Source of the DNA: Fimbriosthenelais zetlandica
Lineage: Eukaryota
Direction of reading: 5' to 3'
DNA: 64,000 bases
Assembly (NCBI GenBank): GCA_977030845.1
Contig: OZ365115.1
Span: 8,122,001 to 8,186,000, forward strand
The translations under genes and the position numbers were made by a program. The notes below the pieces were generated by a model that saw nothing but the letters and a program-made list of their open reading frames with translations, made no database searches and was not told the origin of the DNA. How positions within the stretch are numbered: the first letter of the stretch is position 1; each line of letters starts with the position of its first letter. This document shows, piece by piece, positions 11,192 through 24,145 of this stretch.

Positions 11192-13112
11192 CTGTGGGTG
11201 TCATGTCGAGGTTCAATGGATCACGTGTCACAGAGGCAGCCAATGGTAGACCAGCCTAGGGATCATGTGACATATTGGGCTGGGAGGTGAAGGGAAGGAT
11301 GCAGAGATCAAGGGTAACTTTAAGGTCAAGGTGCACAGCTCACTAATAATCCCCAGGACACCAGCGCTGTTCCTCACATATATATAGATCTATACCAAAT
11401 AGAAAAAATCCCAATAATGTAGTCATCTACCCTGAAATATTTTTAAACAAAATAAGGATCCTTCCACCATTATATACCACACCATTTTCTTCATTGACAA
11501 CGCCCCATTTTGACCATTTGTTTGTCGATTTCGAAGCAGATTTAAATATTCTTTTAAAAGGTGGATAAAAAAGTGGCCCAAGACAAGTTCTGAAGACCCT
11601 TGGACCCATGCACTTCAAGTTCTGGAGAATCGGTGGGCAGAATCGGCCCTAAAAAAAACTTTAAAGTGGACAGGATCCATGTATGCAGGGCTCAACACAT
11701 ATTTGATAATTCATAATGCATCAACACGGATTCATTGAGGAACACACATACTTTTGAGAAATAATCTTCCAAGCAAATATTCGCCGTGCATGACAGTATA
11801 GAGTGGGGTGGTGGGTGGTGGACATGGAGCTGTAATGGGTGGCATACATAGCTTCACTGGTGGCCCAGGCCTCCAGTTAGCTCCAACATGAATACTTTAG
11901 TTCTTCCATGGTAAAAAGTAAGATTTATCTCTCTAAAAATGGCTTGTGGCTAGCACAACTTCCATCATGAAGGCGACTCAATGGTGCGGTATATGAGCCA
12001 CGTTAAAGCCGGCTCCAGTCATTGAGGCAAATGGAAGAAAAACTCCCGCAGGTTCTCCTTGTTTTAAAGGCCAGCGGGAAACTCCTTCTGTGAGCTAAAT
12101 GTATTAGCTACACCTGAATATTTCATCCATATATATCCAAAGACTATTACTTCGTTGTTGATAATTTAATTAATTAATTTGAGTATAATTAAAGTATTTA
12201 AGTAGATTATATTAACGCTAGGATTGCTTTCAATAATGCATCGTCCGCAGATGATTGTTTCAAATTAAATTACAGTATCAAGAACTTTCTTTTATATGCT
12301 CTTTCCTTAGTTCCGATATATATATATAACATTTTTTCGGAACTTACATTTCATGACTACCAAACAAAATTAAGACTATAAAATCGGTCATGTTTGTATG
12401 TGGAAATATTTTCATCACTTTTCATCAGAATCTGATGGAAAAAGCTCCATGGACACAGATAAACTACATGAAAGTAACAAAAGATCTATCTGGTCGGATA
12501 AAACATTAATCAGCCAGTAGGGAAAGAAACAATAGTAAGGATGCTAGCCTGAGGGAACAATAAGCACCCTTTACCAGAGACCAGACTCATTTACTGCTTG
12601 AAGTAAAACAGTAATGAGAATAGTCCAGGAATGGCCTACCCCCCTACTCCCTCCCCCAAACACTCCCTATCTCATCTACCAAGTATATACTCTCCTACAA
12701 AATTCCCCGCCCTTCCCCATGCCTTTTCCATCTCCGTACTATTCCCTTCTTCCACTCACACCTCCTTTCTCTCCCAAATACCTCGATTCCCATTTCTACA
12801 GATACCTAAATTAAGACTAATATAATTCATGGCAGACTAAGACAAGTGTGACAGAGAAATTTGTACTGGTTAAGAAGTTAAAATACAGAAAGTAAGGACA
12901 AATGTTGCGTGCCACTTCACATTGTGAGTGGCACGGCCCTGTCCTAATCTCAAAGTTATAACACCCGGTTGATGGATGCTGACCCTGAAAATTCCCTTTT
13001 GTATTTAGTTTAAATTAGTATTGGTGGAATAAATTGCAGGAAAAAGACTGTGATGCTTCTTATTAGATGGCAAATTCATCATAACGGATCATAACTAGAT
13101 GAAGGAAAAGAA

Positions 13113-13407
13113 GGGGAGTTAGCTCAGTTGGTTAGAGCGCCAGCTAATACAGGGTGATTGACCAATGATGGAAGGGTCGGCGGTTCAATCCCCCGAGCTG
13201 TCCAAGGCATTTCCAATGCCTCCCTCCTCACTGTTGTACATATGTTCTAGAGCACATGCACATAGAAATATCCATTGCACAGAAGGCAATGTAGCAATGC
13301 ACTTAGAAAGAGCCCCCAGCTGAAAATCATAGTAAAACTTGAGTAATCAAGAGTGTGAGCTGGTACTCAACCAAAACAGGGTCTATAAAAATGCTAACTA
13401 AAAAAAA
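13113..13407 (+). mobile_element. tRNA-derived SINE (tRNA-Ile(AAT)-like head)
   Basis: GGGGAGTTAGCTCAGTTGGTTAGAGCG (A box), CT-AAT-AC loop (AAT 13146-13148) and GGTTCAATCCC (B box), ending GCTGTCCA at 13204. Stems are imperfect, there is an ~18-nt insert after the anticodon loop, and no TTTT terminator follows. A ~200-nt body ends in an A-run at 13400-13407. Confidence 0.7.
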
Positions 13408-13835
13408 CTATTACAATTAGTTGATGGTATTAAGAGACGTTACATAACAAGGTAAACAAGTGGCCACCAGGAAGACGATTTTGGTGCATTTGTCTATGGT
13501 GAAGAGGTGGGTTGTGGAGAATGTGCAGATATGACTTAAATATCTGTATACAATCAATTAACATACAAAATTTTTCATAAAGTAGCCATTTTCACTGAAT
13601 GCAATATATTCACTGCACAGTGCAAATCTATTGGTAATCTTAGACAACTACTAATTTTTGTTGATGTAATAGTAAGCCCCAAAAGAACCAGAACATCACA
13701 GGGGATGGACGTTTACAAGGGTACATGCGTAATAATGTAGAGAACTTATATTATATAAAAGGGGAAGACAATTGCAGCAACACCAAATGGTTGTTTACAA
13801 ACTAAGTTTTTACCTTCCAATATAATAATATTATT

Positions 13836-14356
13836 ATGCTACACCTAGACATATCTGATAAATATGTCTATTGGTAATCTTAGACCACTACTTAGGACTT
13901 GGGCCTATTTATGTATTGAGCTCACGTTTAATTCTTAATGGTTTTGTTGACAGGACTGTTGACAGAACTTGGAATAGAATATGGTATAAAGTGACATAAG
14001 ATTGGATAGGACTGAATGGTCCTATGCGACTTAAGACTCATTTGGTATTACACATCATATAATATCTCATTTTAGCTTAAGACTCATTTGGTATTACACA
14101 TCATATAATATCTCATTTTAGCTTACATTGGTCGGAGAATTTCGGGAAAAAGACTATAATGTTTCTTTTTAAATGGCAAATTCATTTGAAAGAATCATTA
14201 CAATAAGATATGCGTGGAAAATCAAAATTATTAGGAACAGGGGATCGTATTAAGTCATGTTACATAATGAGGGCATGGTGGTCGCCAGGATTAAATGCTA
14301 CACCCACACAGCTCGCATCCAACTGGTGGGTGAGGTGGGCGGGGGGGGGGGGGGAG
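13836..14356 (+). repeat. Copy 1 of ~500-bp local direct duplication
   Basis: Nearly identical to 14685-15165. Contains an extra 46-bp tandem duplication (14030-14075 / 14076-14121) and ends in poly-G. Confidence 0.95.
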
Positions 14357-14684
14357 GGAGAGGGGATGGACCCGAGCTAATCCCTTAATTACCCCTACCT
14401 CAAACCACTGACCATTTCTGTACTAAACTTGTTCAAGTCTACCTCATTTGTACAAGCCTTTTTATTGAATCATTTCGATAGAAACATTTTCATAAAGAAG
14501 CCATTTTTACTGAATGTGCAGGCAAATATATTGACTGGACAGTATAAACGGATAATAAGGTCTAGACTGATCCATATTTAAATATATTCACAGGAGAGTG
14601 CAAATCTATTTGTTATCTTAGACAACTACTTAGGCCTTAGGCACATCTATAGTAAGCTCAGTATTTGGGATAGGGAGGGGAAGG

Positions 14685-15165
14685 ATGCTACACCTAGACA
14701 TATCTGATAAATACGTCTATTGGTATCTTAGACCACTACTTAGGACTTGGGCCTATTTATGTATTGAGCTCATGTTTAATTCTTAATGGTTTTGTTGACA
14801 GGACTGTTGACAGAACTTGGAATAGAATATGGTATAAAGTGACATAAGATTTCGATAGGACTGAATGGTCCTATGCGACTTAAGACTCATTTGGTATTAC
14901 ACATCATATAATATCTCATTTTAGCTTACATTGGTCGGAGAATTTCGGGAAAAAGACTATAATGCTTCTTTTTAAATGGCAAATTCATTTGAAAGAATCA
15001 TTACAATAAGATATGCGTGGAAAATCAAAATTATTAGGAACAGGGGATCGTATTAAGTCATGTTACATAATGAGGGCCTGGTGGTCACCAGGATTAAATG
15101 CTACACCCACACAGCTCGCATCCCACTGGTGGGTGAGGTGGGCGGGGGGGGGGGGGGGGGGGGAG
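14685..15165 (+). repeat. Copy 2 of ~500-bp local direct duplication
   Basis: Starts ATGCTACACCTAGACATATCTG like copy 1, lacks the 46-bp internal duplication and ends in poly-G. Confidence 0.95.
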
Positions 15166-15195
15166 GGAGTTGGGAGAGGGAGGGGAAGGAGGTGT

Positions 15196-15249
15196 CTAAA
15201 AATAGCAACAAAATCTAAAAATAGCAACGCTCATGAGGGCTAAAAATAG
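15196..15249 (+). promoter_or_regulatory. Cluster of three consensus MEF2 sites
   Basis: CTAAAAATAG at 15196-15205, 15215-15224 and 15240-15249 (consensus YTA(A/T)4TAR). Confidence 0.55.
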
Positions 15250-16187
15250 CCGCGCCCGTGAAGACTACCATTCTGAAATCGGCAATACAGATCCCTGTCC
15301 GTTAAGACGGACAGGGCAAAAAGCCTATAGCTGGGTTCCCACTCCAACCCATCTTTCCCTCATCCTGTCATCCCAGCCACTATCTCACTCCAGCTTCCAG
15401 CTGTTTAAACGCCATCAAAATACAACTAGATATATACATGGGCAAAAAAGATGTAAGGACATGTGGGAGGCTAGGTTGAGACTACAAGAGTGTATACTTT
15501 CTCTTTGTTGGTATTCCCTCTTTTAAGTGTTCGTATAAAACTGTACAAAGACATGCGATAGATAGATTCTCATGTTTAAATACTATATTATTTCCAAGTA
15601 TTGTTTCTCCATGGACCTATACTTTCAACAGTACAATCTTGAGATGGCCTGAAAAAAAAGATCTTTGAGAGCAGCTTCCTTCAAGAAGATGGTACCCACC
15701 TACACCACACACAACCCACACACCCCTCAATCCTATTTTTACAGTCCCTCCCTTTCCCTTTCCCCCACCCCATGCCTCGAACACTTTCTCATCACTTTCA
15801 CCTTTCTTTGTATAGGAATTCCTTCACATCTTGGGCAGACATGCCCTCCCCAGATCTTTGACCATGTATTTGACACATCAAAACAACTGGCATTGAGGAG
15901 AATGTGTTTTGTTTGATGTTAGAACCTTGGCGTGATATAAAGTTCACACAGGCTGACCGTGAACCCTACGGTCTCAAAGGACTTTACACACTGCTAGGTC
16001 TATACTTAATATAATGTATTTCCTGACCTATGTTTCGGCAATCTCAACTCGATTATAATACCCACAGATCTTTTTCAAAATTCTAAACAGAATTCTTAAC
16101 ATGAATTTACAAAAGATTACTTAAAATTAGCAGACTAAAATATTGATAGGCTTTGTCGGAGGAAATAATGACAAACTAAAAAATAGG

Positions 16188-16224
16188 GAATGAATGAATG
16201 AATGAATGAATGAATGAATGAATG
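16188..16224 (+). repeat. (GAAT)n microsatellite
   Basis: About 9 perfect units with a degenerate continuation to ~16290. Confidence 0.95.
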
Positions 16225-18373
16225 TATGATTGAATAAATTGGTGGATGGATGCTTGGATCTATGAATGAATGTCGTGAGAGAATGAATGAATATCTTCAG
16301 AAAACCAGAAGCTTTGAGGTGATTTTTAAAAAACTTGAAAAGGAATTATTTTAGAATGTGTTAATTGAAAAACGGCCCCTGTTGGACCAGAGAGAGGGGA
16401 GAGCAGCTGAAAACATAGGAAGAGGATGCGTGTTGTTGGCAGACTAACAAAAGAAGGCTCTACTTGTGGATATGGTGCTCTTAGAGCAGGCTGGCCAAGA
16501 GCTTGGTGGTAGCTTCCACCTGATAAAATATAGATAAAGGTCAGAGCCTGAAACGCGGATGTAGATAGACATGGCAATATGAAAACAGTTTATATCTAAA
16601 CTTAACATATGATTAAAAATCCACTGTAAACCATAATATAAAACTTTGTTTTAAACTTTGTCTCATTGGTATAAGTGACAAAATAATATTTTCAGTGGAG
16701 TTATAAATGCTTCATTATTTTCAAGGGAAAGGACGTGTTACACAGAAGGTAACATGATTATATACACAGACTCTGGGGTGTCACATTCCAGACACTGCAA
16801 GGGGTAATGTTAATCATACACCTTTTTCTTCAAGTTCAATGGTCCATTATCCATAGTTTTTTATACGCCTCCCAAGGTTGTGAGGCGTAAAAAGTTGTAA
16901 GGGGTGAAAATGCAGGACTTTCTGGTCTGATTCACCAATATTATGTGAATAAAGAGGTTTAATAATATTTGATCTAAGTTCTGCTGACTGAGATAATCAG
17001 AATATTCAACAACTAAAATAAGGCATAAACAAAGGAAAGTAATGGAAGAACAAAGAACTTATTAAGTTTATGATCCTCATGGGATTGGTTCTAAGGCAAA
17101 TATATATACTCAACACTGATCTATAGTGGAGAATACTGGAGCTATGACTCAGAAAATGTCTAATAGTCTAATAAATAGAGCTGCTCTGCAAATATACATC
17201 ATATATCAGCCCTTGGGATAAACACTTGTAAGCTGCAGAGGTTGGCAAGTAAATCATATGACAAACGTCCCTACTTATCTCTAACTGCCCAACCATGTGC
17301 TTATGGTCTCTATTATATGTCCCACGAGATCAAGATTTCTTTTTTGTGTCTTGAGCACTATTTCTATCATACTATTTCTGGAATTAAAGACAGCTGAGGT
17401 CTACTTCTTCCTGGGGAAATGGGACAATTCTCCTCATATTACTTATGAGTCATGCTGGCCTGCCACATGTTCTACAAATCAAAGTCCAAATATAACTGAC
17501 ATTGCAGACTATTTTCGGGGTATTAAAACTGTTGGTGCTGATCCTCGGAAAGATAAGTGTCAGGACAGATTACAGTACTTCCAAAAAATGTCAAACAGGG
17601 AAATTTGTCACTTTGTTCTGATTTGAATCAATACATGAAGTACAACTTTTAAAGTGTACAAATAATTGTTGTTATGAAGTTAGTGTACTGCATGAAGGAT
17701 GGCAGGAAGATGGCTGTTTCCTCCTCATTGGACACCATGCCATTAATTCTATAATATCCACCGACACCTCCAGTGTTTTACTTTCAAAAAAACTCATTTT
17801 TTCACCAATGTTTCAGGAACCACCTGTGTGAGTATCGGAAAGAGCTGGGTGCCAGGAGGGACGCTGAACGTCAATCCACACGGGTACCCTGGCCAAAACT
17901 GTAGGTGGGCTTAAGCAAAATATATCCCTGGTGGAAAGTGTACTTTTTACTCCATGAAGCATTATTATTTCCTAAAAACTATCCCCTGGCCATATTCGTT
18001 TTAATCTTTCAGTATTGCTGTCTGTATCACATATTCTGATCCTAGATGTAATCTAATTTATTTCATTCAGTTTGATTTAAACCTGATTCGACGCGGATAT
18101 TGTGACTTATACCCATTTGTAATAGGAACATAAGTCAATAAAATGACTTCCCCATCCTCCTATTAAAATGTCATGATATAAAAATGGACAGATATTGACT
18201 GACTGATTTATAGGACAGTGAATTATAGAAATTTCCACTTAACTATCATTTTGTTTGTCAAAGTATTATTGCCACAAAAAGATCCTATCTTTTCTTTGAA
18301 TGAAGCATTATTAAAGTTACAGATGAAGATTATTGAAAACGAAATGGAAATTATAACTAAGTAAAATGAATAC

Positions 18374-18421
18374 CTTTGCAAATGAGAAGTTGGCGCATTC
18401 ACTTCAAATATCAAGCCTTAC
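18374..18421 (-). other. Candidate 48-nt non-coding (5'UTR) exon of a minus-strand transcript
   Basis: Branch-point-like TACTAAT plus pyrimidine tract TTTACTTTTTGTATTTTGCAG| upstream and donor AAG|GTATTC downstream. Stops occur in all three frames. Confidence 0.35.
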
Positions 18422-19429
18422 CTGCAAAATACAAAAAGTAAATTAGTATGCTTAACAGACTCAACCAAAAGCATAACATATTTCGATTTCTTCAGATCGA
18501 CTAAGCAATTAATATAATTCATGAGAAGAAAAATTATGAATATGACCATTCTCCCACGAAATGATTTCGAAATTGCCAGAAACAAATTAAAGGGCAGTGT
18601 TAATTTCAGAATTAGGAAAACATTACGAATTCCCAGCAGATTTGCATTCAGGCAAAATTGTTGTAATTAACAGAGCTCAAATTGAGTCGGTCGAAGAGTT
18701 GGGAGAGAATGATGTTTGCAAATTTCCAAAGAATGGGAAATGCCACAAATGGCAGTGATAATCCCCAGTTTCTCCATGACTAATTTCAAGACAGAACCCC
18801 ACACAGCAGAGCAGAGGCTGCTTGATTCAGATGGGGTTCGTTTTCAGCGTGTTTACCAAGAATTCTTTCTATGGCGGAAAATATTAAATACTTCCATGCT
18901 TCTGAACGATGTATATGGCAAGGCAAATACCGATCATACAGGTCATTGTATAAGGGATAATTATTTAACTAAGAAGCGACACATACATGTGCATACTATT
19001 CAATGACATTTCTGACTTAAAATTACATTCCCAAAACTCAATATCTTAAAAATAAAACTGTTTGAATTTCACATCCCGTCTATTATCGGCTTCGCCCTTG
19101 CAAATAATCAACTCGTTTTAATCCGCCACCCATCAAGTGGTAAGAAGAACCCAGAAGACATTTTAAAGGCATCTCCCAGTTAATATGTTTGAAAATCATT
19201 CTCCATAAAAAAACAAAATCATCTCAGACTTCCTAATGAGTTAACCCAGAGACATCTTTTACTTTGGCCCTTTTTTAATTCTGAAGTAAACCGAAAGATG
19301 GATTTTCCTGTTAAAGGGAAAATCAGTTTTAGGAAGTACGCAGCCATAGTATGGGTAGTCTACTATGGGTTCTAATTGGCAAAGGGAAAGCCGATGTATG
19401 CTAAAGCAATGGCTCTGACAAATTTTCAA

Positions 19430-19472
19430 GAGGGGTTGCAGCCCCCATACCCCACCTCTGGATTCACCACTG
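19430..19472 (+). mobile_element. End of a dispersed non-autonomous element family (..CTGGATCYGCCMCTG)
   Basis: GGGGTTGCAGCCCCC..CTGGATTCACCACTG. Related termini at 39006-39020 (CAGGGGCAGATGCAG, inverted orientation), 57919-57932 and 62889-62903. Confidence 0.45.
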
Positions 19473-20148
19473 CTTTATCAACAGCTTTGAGGGAAGTACT
19501 CGTCCCAGCTTTTTCTCCATGACAAACCATTTGATCCTATCAAACCTGTACTTATTAATCTATATACAAGGTATAAATTGATAAGAGAGCAGTGGGAGAG
19601 AGAGATTGGATAAAGATGAAGTGTCGCTGATGAGCATCTACAGGTCAGAGAGCCACTCAGTTAGTGAGTGAAATGGAAGAGGGGGAATAGAGGATGACTA
19701 GAGAAGGAAGGGCGCGACTGAGTACATGGTGTAGAGGTGAGGGAGATGTCAGGGTGAATTAGAAGTTACATGGAATGGGGGTGAACCATGCATAATGGCT
19801 GTTAAAGACATGTTAAAACCCCCAGCCCCATAATAGGTGAGTATTAGGAAAGTACCATGTGTAGAACATGTGAAGATCACCAGTGATTTACCAGTGAATA
19901 TCAATACAGAAAAGTAGCAGCCAGAAGGGATCCACATCCCTCAAAAACAGAGTTTCAATTTATATTTAATTCAGAATTTCATATAGATCCAATCGCTATT
20001 TATTGACGAGTCCCTGAATCTCCTGACTGACTAAAGATTAAATTCATTTCCATTCATGACCCTAACTTTATTAAAGGCCATGATCAAAGTATAATGGAAT
20101 TACTTTTTTCCTATTAAGATCACGTTTTGAATTTAATTGAAAAACATG

Positions 20149-20250
20149 AAGCAAATTGCAAAATGTACCGTAAAACAAATTACAATATGTATGATCATAA
20201 AGCAAATTGCAACATGTATCATAAAACAAGTTGCAATAAGTATCATAAAC
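20149..20250 (+). repeat. Diverged ~24-bp tandem repeat
   Basis: About 4 copies of AAARCAARTTGCAAYATGTATCAT. Confidence 0.75.
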
Positions 20251-22454
20251 ATATTGTCATTACAATGACTGGACTATTCCTTGCATAAAATAATTTTAAT
20301 GGACAGGAGGGTTTATCACGAAACAATTAACATCCATTGATAAAGCCTGTTTGATACTGTTCGATAAAACATTCGAATTGAGCTCAAAGCATTCAGGCAA
20401 TTGCTTTTCTTTACAGCACTCGGTTTCAATATTTTAACGAAGAGTCTCATTGAGACACAAAAAGATAATGATTCAATTCGGCTTTTCCCACAGTTGAAAT
20501 TAACTCGAACTGAATTTTCCATCTGCATGGATTCAGCAGCAAGACACACGGGTGTTATGAAAAAAATTCCAAGTTTCTGCAGCAGCAATAGGTCTTTGTA
20601 TAAAAGCCTAGAAAACTTGGAATGTTCAGGCTGGCGGTCTCGTTTGTCCTAGGTCGTTTATAGGGAACAAAGCGGTTTTTTTATGAGTCCATGATAGCCC
20701 GATGGCGTGCTCATAGTGGATTGTCCCAACTCTCATAATTAGGCCATGTAGGATTTTACGAGACAGGAAATGGCACCCACATGTCCACTGCGCATGTCAT
20801 AAAGGACCACCTAGGCCAAATAAAATCCAACCTGTCCCAAATTACACCTTAGCAGCGTTGGAGTTGCCCAACGTATTATGATGATGGGCGATTTAACGGT
20901 AAAATTTCCAGGCAGGTAAAAAGCAAATAAATAAAGAGATTGTTGGTGTTGTAGTGAAAAGCCTTCCAATATTACCGCTAGAGGGAGCGCAGCAATAATG
21001 GAGCGGGAGGAGAGAGATTTTACTGATCTCTGATATGTGAGGCAATCAATAAGTGAAATGCGAATCAAGTGCTCTCAGATTTACGGCCTCAAGCAGGATT
21101 GACGCTTGTCAAAATAGATCCATGGGAATTGATGGTTAACGGAAGGCATAAGTCGATTTAATAGGTCATTCTAGTCATTTATACAGCCAGCCAGGTGCTC
21201 TACATTTGGAATTTTTGGCTTTAATCTATATCATATTCTTTACAATTGCTGGGGCTATGGATGTTCAATATGGAAAAATTCATGATTATTTTTTCTTTCT
21301 TTTTTTCTTAATTTGACTGGGCCCATGCCTTTCTCCATGCACATTGCATTGTTTTTCAGTACACGACCAAATATTGACATTTTTTAGAGATGCAGATTCA
21401 GCAAATATCTACAAAACATCAAATGAATCGCCAGTTAAAATGCATATAAATAAATTTAGGAGCTATGATTATTGCGTTTCATATCAGAGATTCCATTCCA
21501 ATGCCATTTGAAGACCGAAAAAGTAACAAGAATGACAATGAAGGACACGGTCGATTAAAGACATCTTTCTTTGACGAATCGATATATCCAGTCACTCGTC
21601 ACTAAAAGCATTACCATCTGTAAGAGCATTCTTACTAGGGAAATTTCACTCCAGTCAGGGCTTAGAAATGCCACATGTTCTATAAGAACATTTAAAGATG
21701 TGGAAAATCTGCCAGAAGATGAGAGGGAGTTTAAAACACCCCAATAGACAAAACCCCCACGGCCAGGACAAGTGAGAAATGGGGCGTGTGACTGATTTGA
21801 TTTTTCCAATATCAAATACAGTTGATATGAAGAGGATTTTTTTTATTAAATAATTGAAAAAATCTAGTTTCCATGAGCCACAAGGTTAAACTGAAGGATA
21901 CAGTTTATGCTTGTGATTCATGGTTGATTAGTGATCTGATTTTATTTTGATTAATAAATGATTTATCTGTGTCATTTTGATGATATATTATACAGTTGTG
22001 GGGATCCATAAACTGTTTACATGGCTCAGTGATTAAAAGTTAAGATTTAATATGTTAGATGGTGATTCCTTATTATAACGAGACACAATAGATTTCACGT
22101 TATTCCTTCATTCTGATATATAGATCAATAGATTAAATGCCTAAACCAGGTCAAGCACTCAGGAAGTAATTCATCTAGACAATATAATATCGGTAGATCT
22201 ATCTGGAGTAATTACCCTGCCTTTATCTATATCACTAATTAAGGTTAATTATTGGGTTAATCAGAAGCAAAAAAGAAAGGACCCATTCTAAGACACCAAA
22301 TCAAATGACTATCAAAGATAGTAATTAACATATATAGCATATACTGGTACTGAACAGGATTTAATGAATAGGTATAAGACCACCTCACTAACACGACCAC
22401 CTTGATAATCTGGTCATCCTCGCCAAGTCCCATCTTTAATGTTCACATACGTAA

Positions 22455-22646
22455 CAGGACAGTACTAGAACTGGTGGGACTGGTGTCAGGATAATGTGAC
22501 TGGGTGAGGAATCACGTCGTGTACCTGTGAGGTGATACCTCAGAGAGGCTGCACTATAAAAGAGCATAGGGCTCATTGTCACAAGTAGGCATAGTCATGA
22601 GATAACTGGAAAATTGTTGAAAGTGACATTAAATCCCATTAAAAAC
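22455..22646 (+). mobile_element. 3' part of a SINE resembling widespread invertebrate (MetaSINE-type) elements
   Basis: GGTGTCAGGATAATGTGACTGGGTG..GCACTATAAAA..GAAAATTGTTGAAAGTGACATTAAATCCC matches, from memory, the central and 3' blocks of invertebrate tRNA-SINEs. The tRNA head is missing. Needs Dfam/Repbase confirmation. Confidence 0.55.
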
Positions 22647-24145
22647 TATGTTCTCTATAGGCAAACCCCAGGAGACCACCCTAGTAATGGTAACACCCGC
22701 AATGGGTCATAATAACGAAGTTCGAAGTTGTTATGGAATCAAATGTGGTTCAGTAAAGCTATCTTCCTGGCGAGGGTTATCATAGATGATTATAAATAAA
22801 TCCCATGGATGATAGTCTCATCAGCCCCCACCCCGCCCACCCACCCCCCACCCACCATCCCCTCCAGGTTTTAAAGTCATTACACAGGTGGAATACCTGG
22901 GTATCAGGAGAAGGCCACACAGGGCCAGGTCTCCTCCTGTGTGGTGGTCTCCCGCTCTCTCATCTAAACCCTATTATACATCAAAAGATACCAGGCCAAT
23001 AAAAGGAACACTCAGAGGTCGATGTCAGGCATACAGCCAACATCATCTTTGATCTGTCTTCAGTTGATGTGTCTATGTCAGCTAACTGTAATACTATCTA
23101 TTACATGTGTGGGTGGTATTTATTGGTTCACAGATTGAACCTAGGAATTCATTCTATTTGGAAGAAGTCGTTTAAATCAGGGCTAATGGTTTTCACCTGG
23201 GGATTGCATGTATCCATGTGATCAGTATATAATTGCTTTTTGTCAATTGACGACATACATGAACACATACATACATGTACAGTATGCTCACATAAAGTTA
23301 ATGATATGCAGAAATGATAATACTTTTTGGATTCGTCAAATAAAATATAGGCTATTACGTTGATATTAAAGGCGGGATTCCACTGCTGTGATTTTGCTTG
23401 CAACACTTCAATGAAATAGGTGATGCTTGTGTCGCAATGAGAAATCTACCACTGGATTTAAACGACCTTGCACACTTCAAACACAATTTATGAATTTGAC
23501 TACGACACAAGCATTGTCGTAGCAGTGGAGTCCCAGCCTTAGAGATGCAAATGAGTAATCTAGCTACTACTAATATTGAAATATTTTGAAACTCCCAACT
23601 GACGCACGTACACATCCACCCTGTGTATACGGCCCTTAAATGTGCAGTAGATTCCTATAGATGGTGGGTAGGACAGTAGCTGAGGGCTGTGCAGTCAGCC
23701 ATCGGGGAGGCTGCTCAGTGAAGGGCAGCTAAATGTGAATGACATGCGATATTTCTGGAAGGGCTGCGGATCTAACGGGGTGAGTCAATAGCGGCGAGCA
23801 GCGTGCTGGAATCAATGAGGCAATGTCGGTCAGCCCTCGCACCAAACACCTGTCACCACCCCACCAACGCCCCAAATGATACCAAGTCATTTCTTGGTTT
23901 TCTTGGGAGAGAAATTCTTGAGGAGTTAAATGTAATTCAGGGATAGTAATACAAAGTTCTCATTCCTTGTACGGCAGCAATTTTATTAATAATCTATATC
24001 TATTCAGACAGTTCAGACATTCAGACAGCATCTCATGAATGCATCTCAAGGCAATGAAGTTGGCCTACTGCATAAGGTAGACAGTGTACTGGAGGTATTT
24101 AACTATATGACCTTGTAAATGAAGCCCTTATTCATTGTGTTTATA

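Noticed and set aside
13113-13204. Functional tRNA-Ile(AAT) gene
   Set aside because: Mismatched acceptor and T stems, a shortened anticodon stem, no T-run terminator, and it is followed by a SINE-like body and A-tail.
4410-16224. Complementary (ATTC)n and (GAAT)n arrays as ends of a large inverted element
   Set aside because: This is a common microsatellite, and the flanks share no unique homology.
17817-17904. Plus-strand exon candidate NHLCEYRKELGARRDAERQSTRVPWPKL*
   Set aside because: Good acceptor but no partner exons or recognisable domain; a competing GTGAGT donor 11 nt in leaves the structure undefined.
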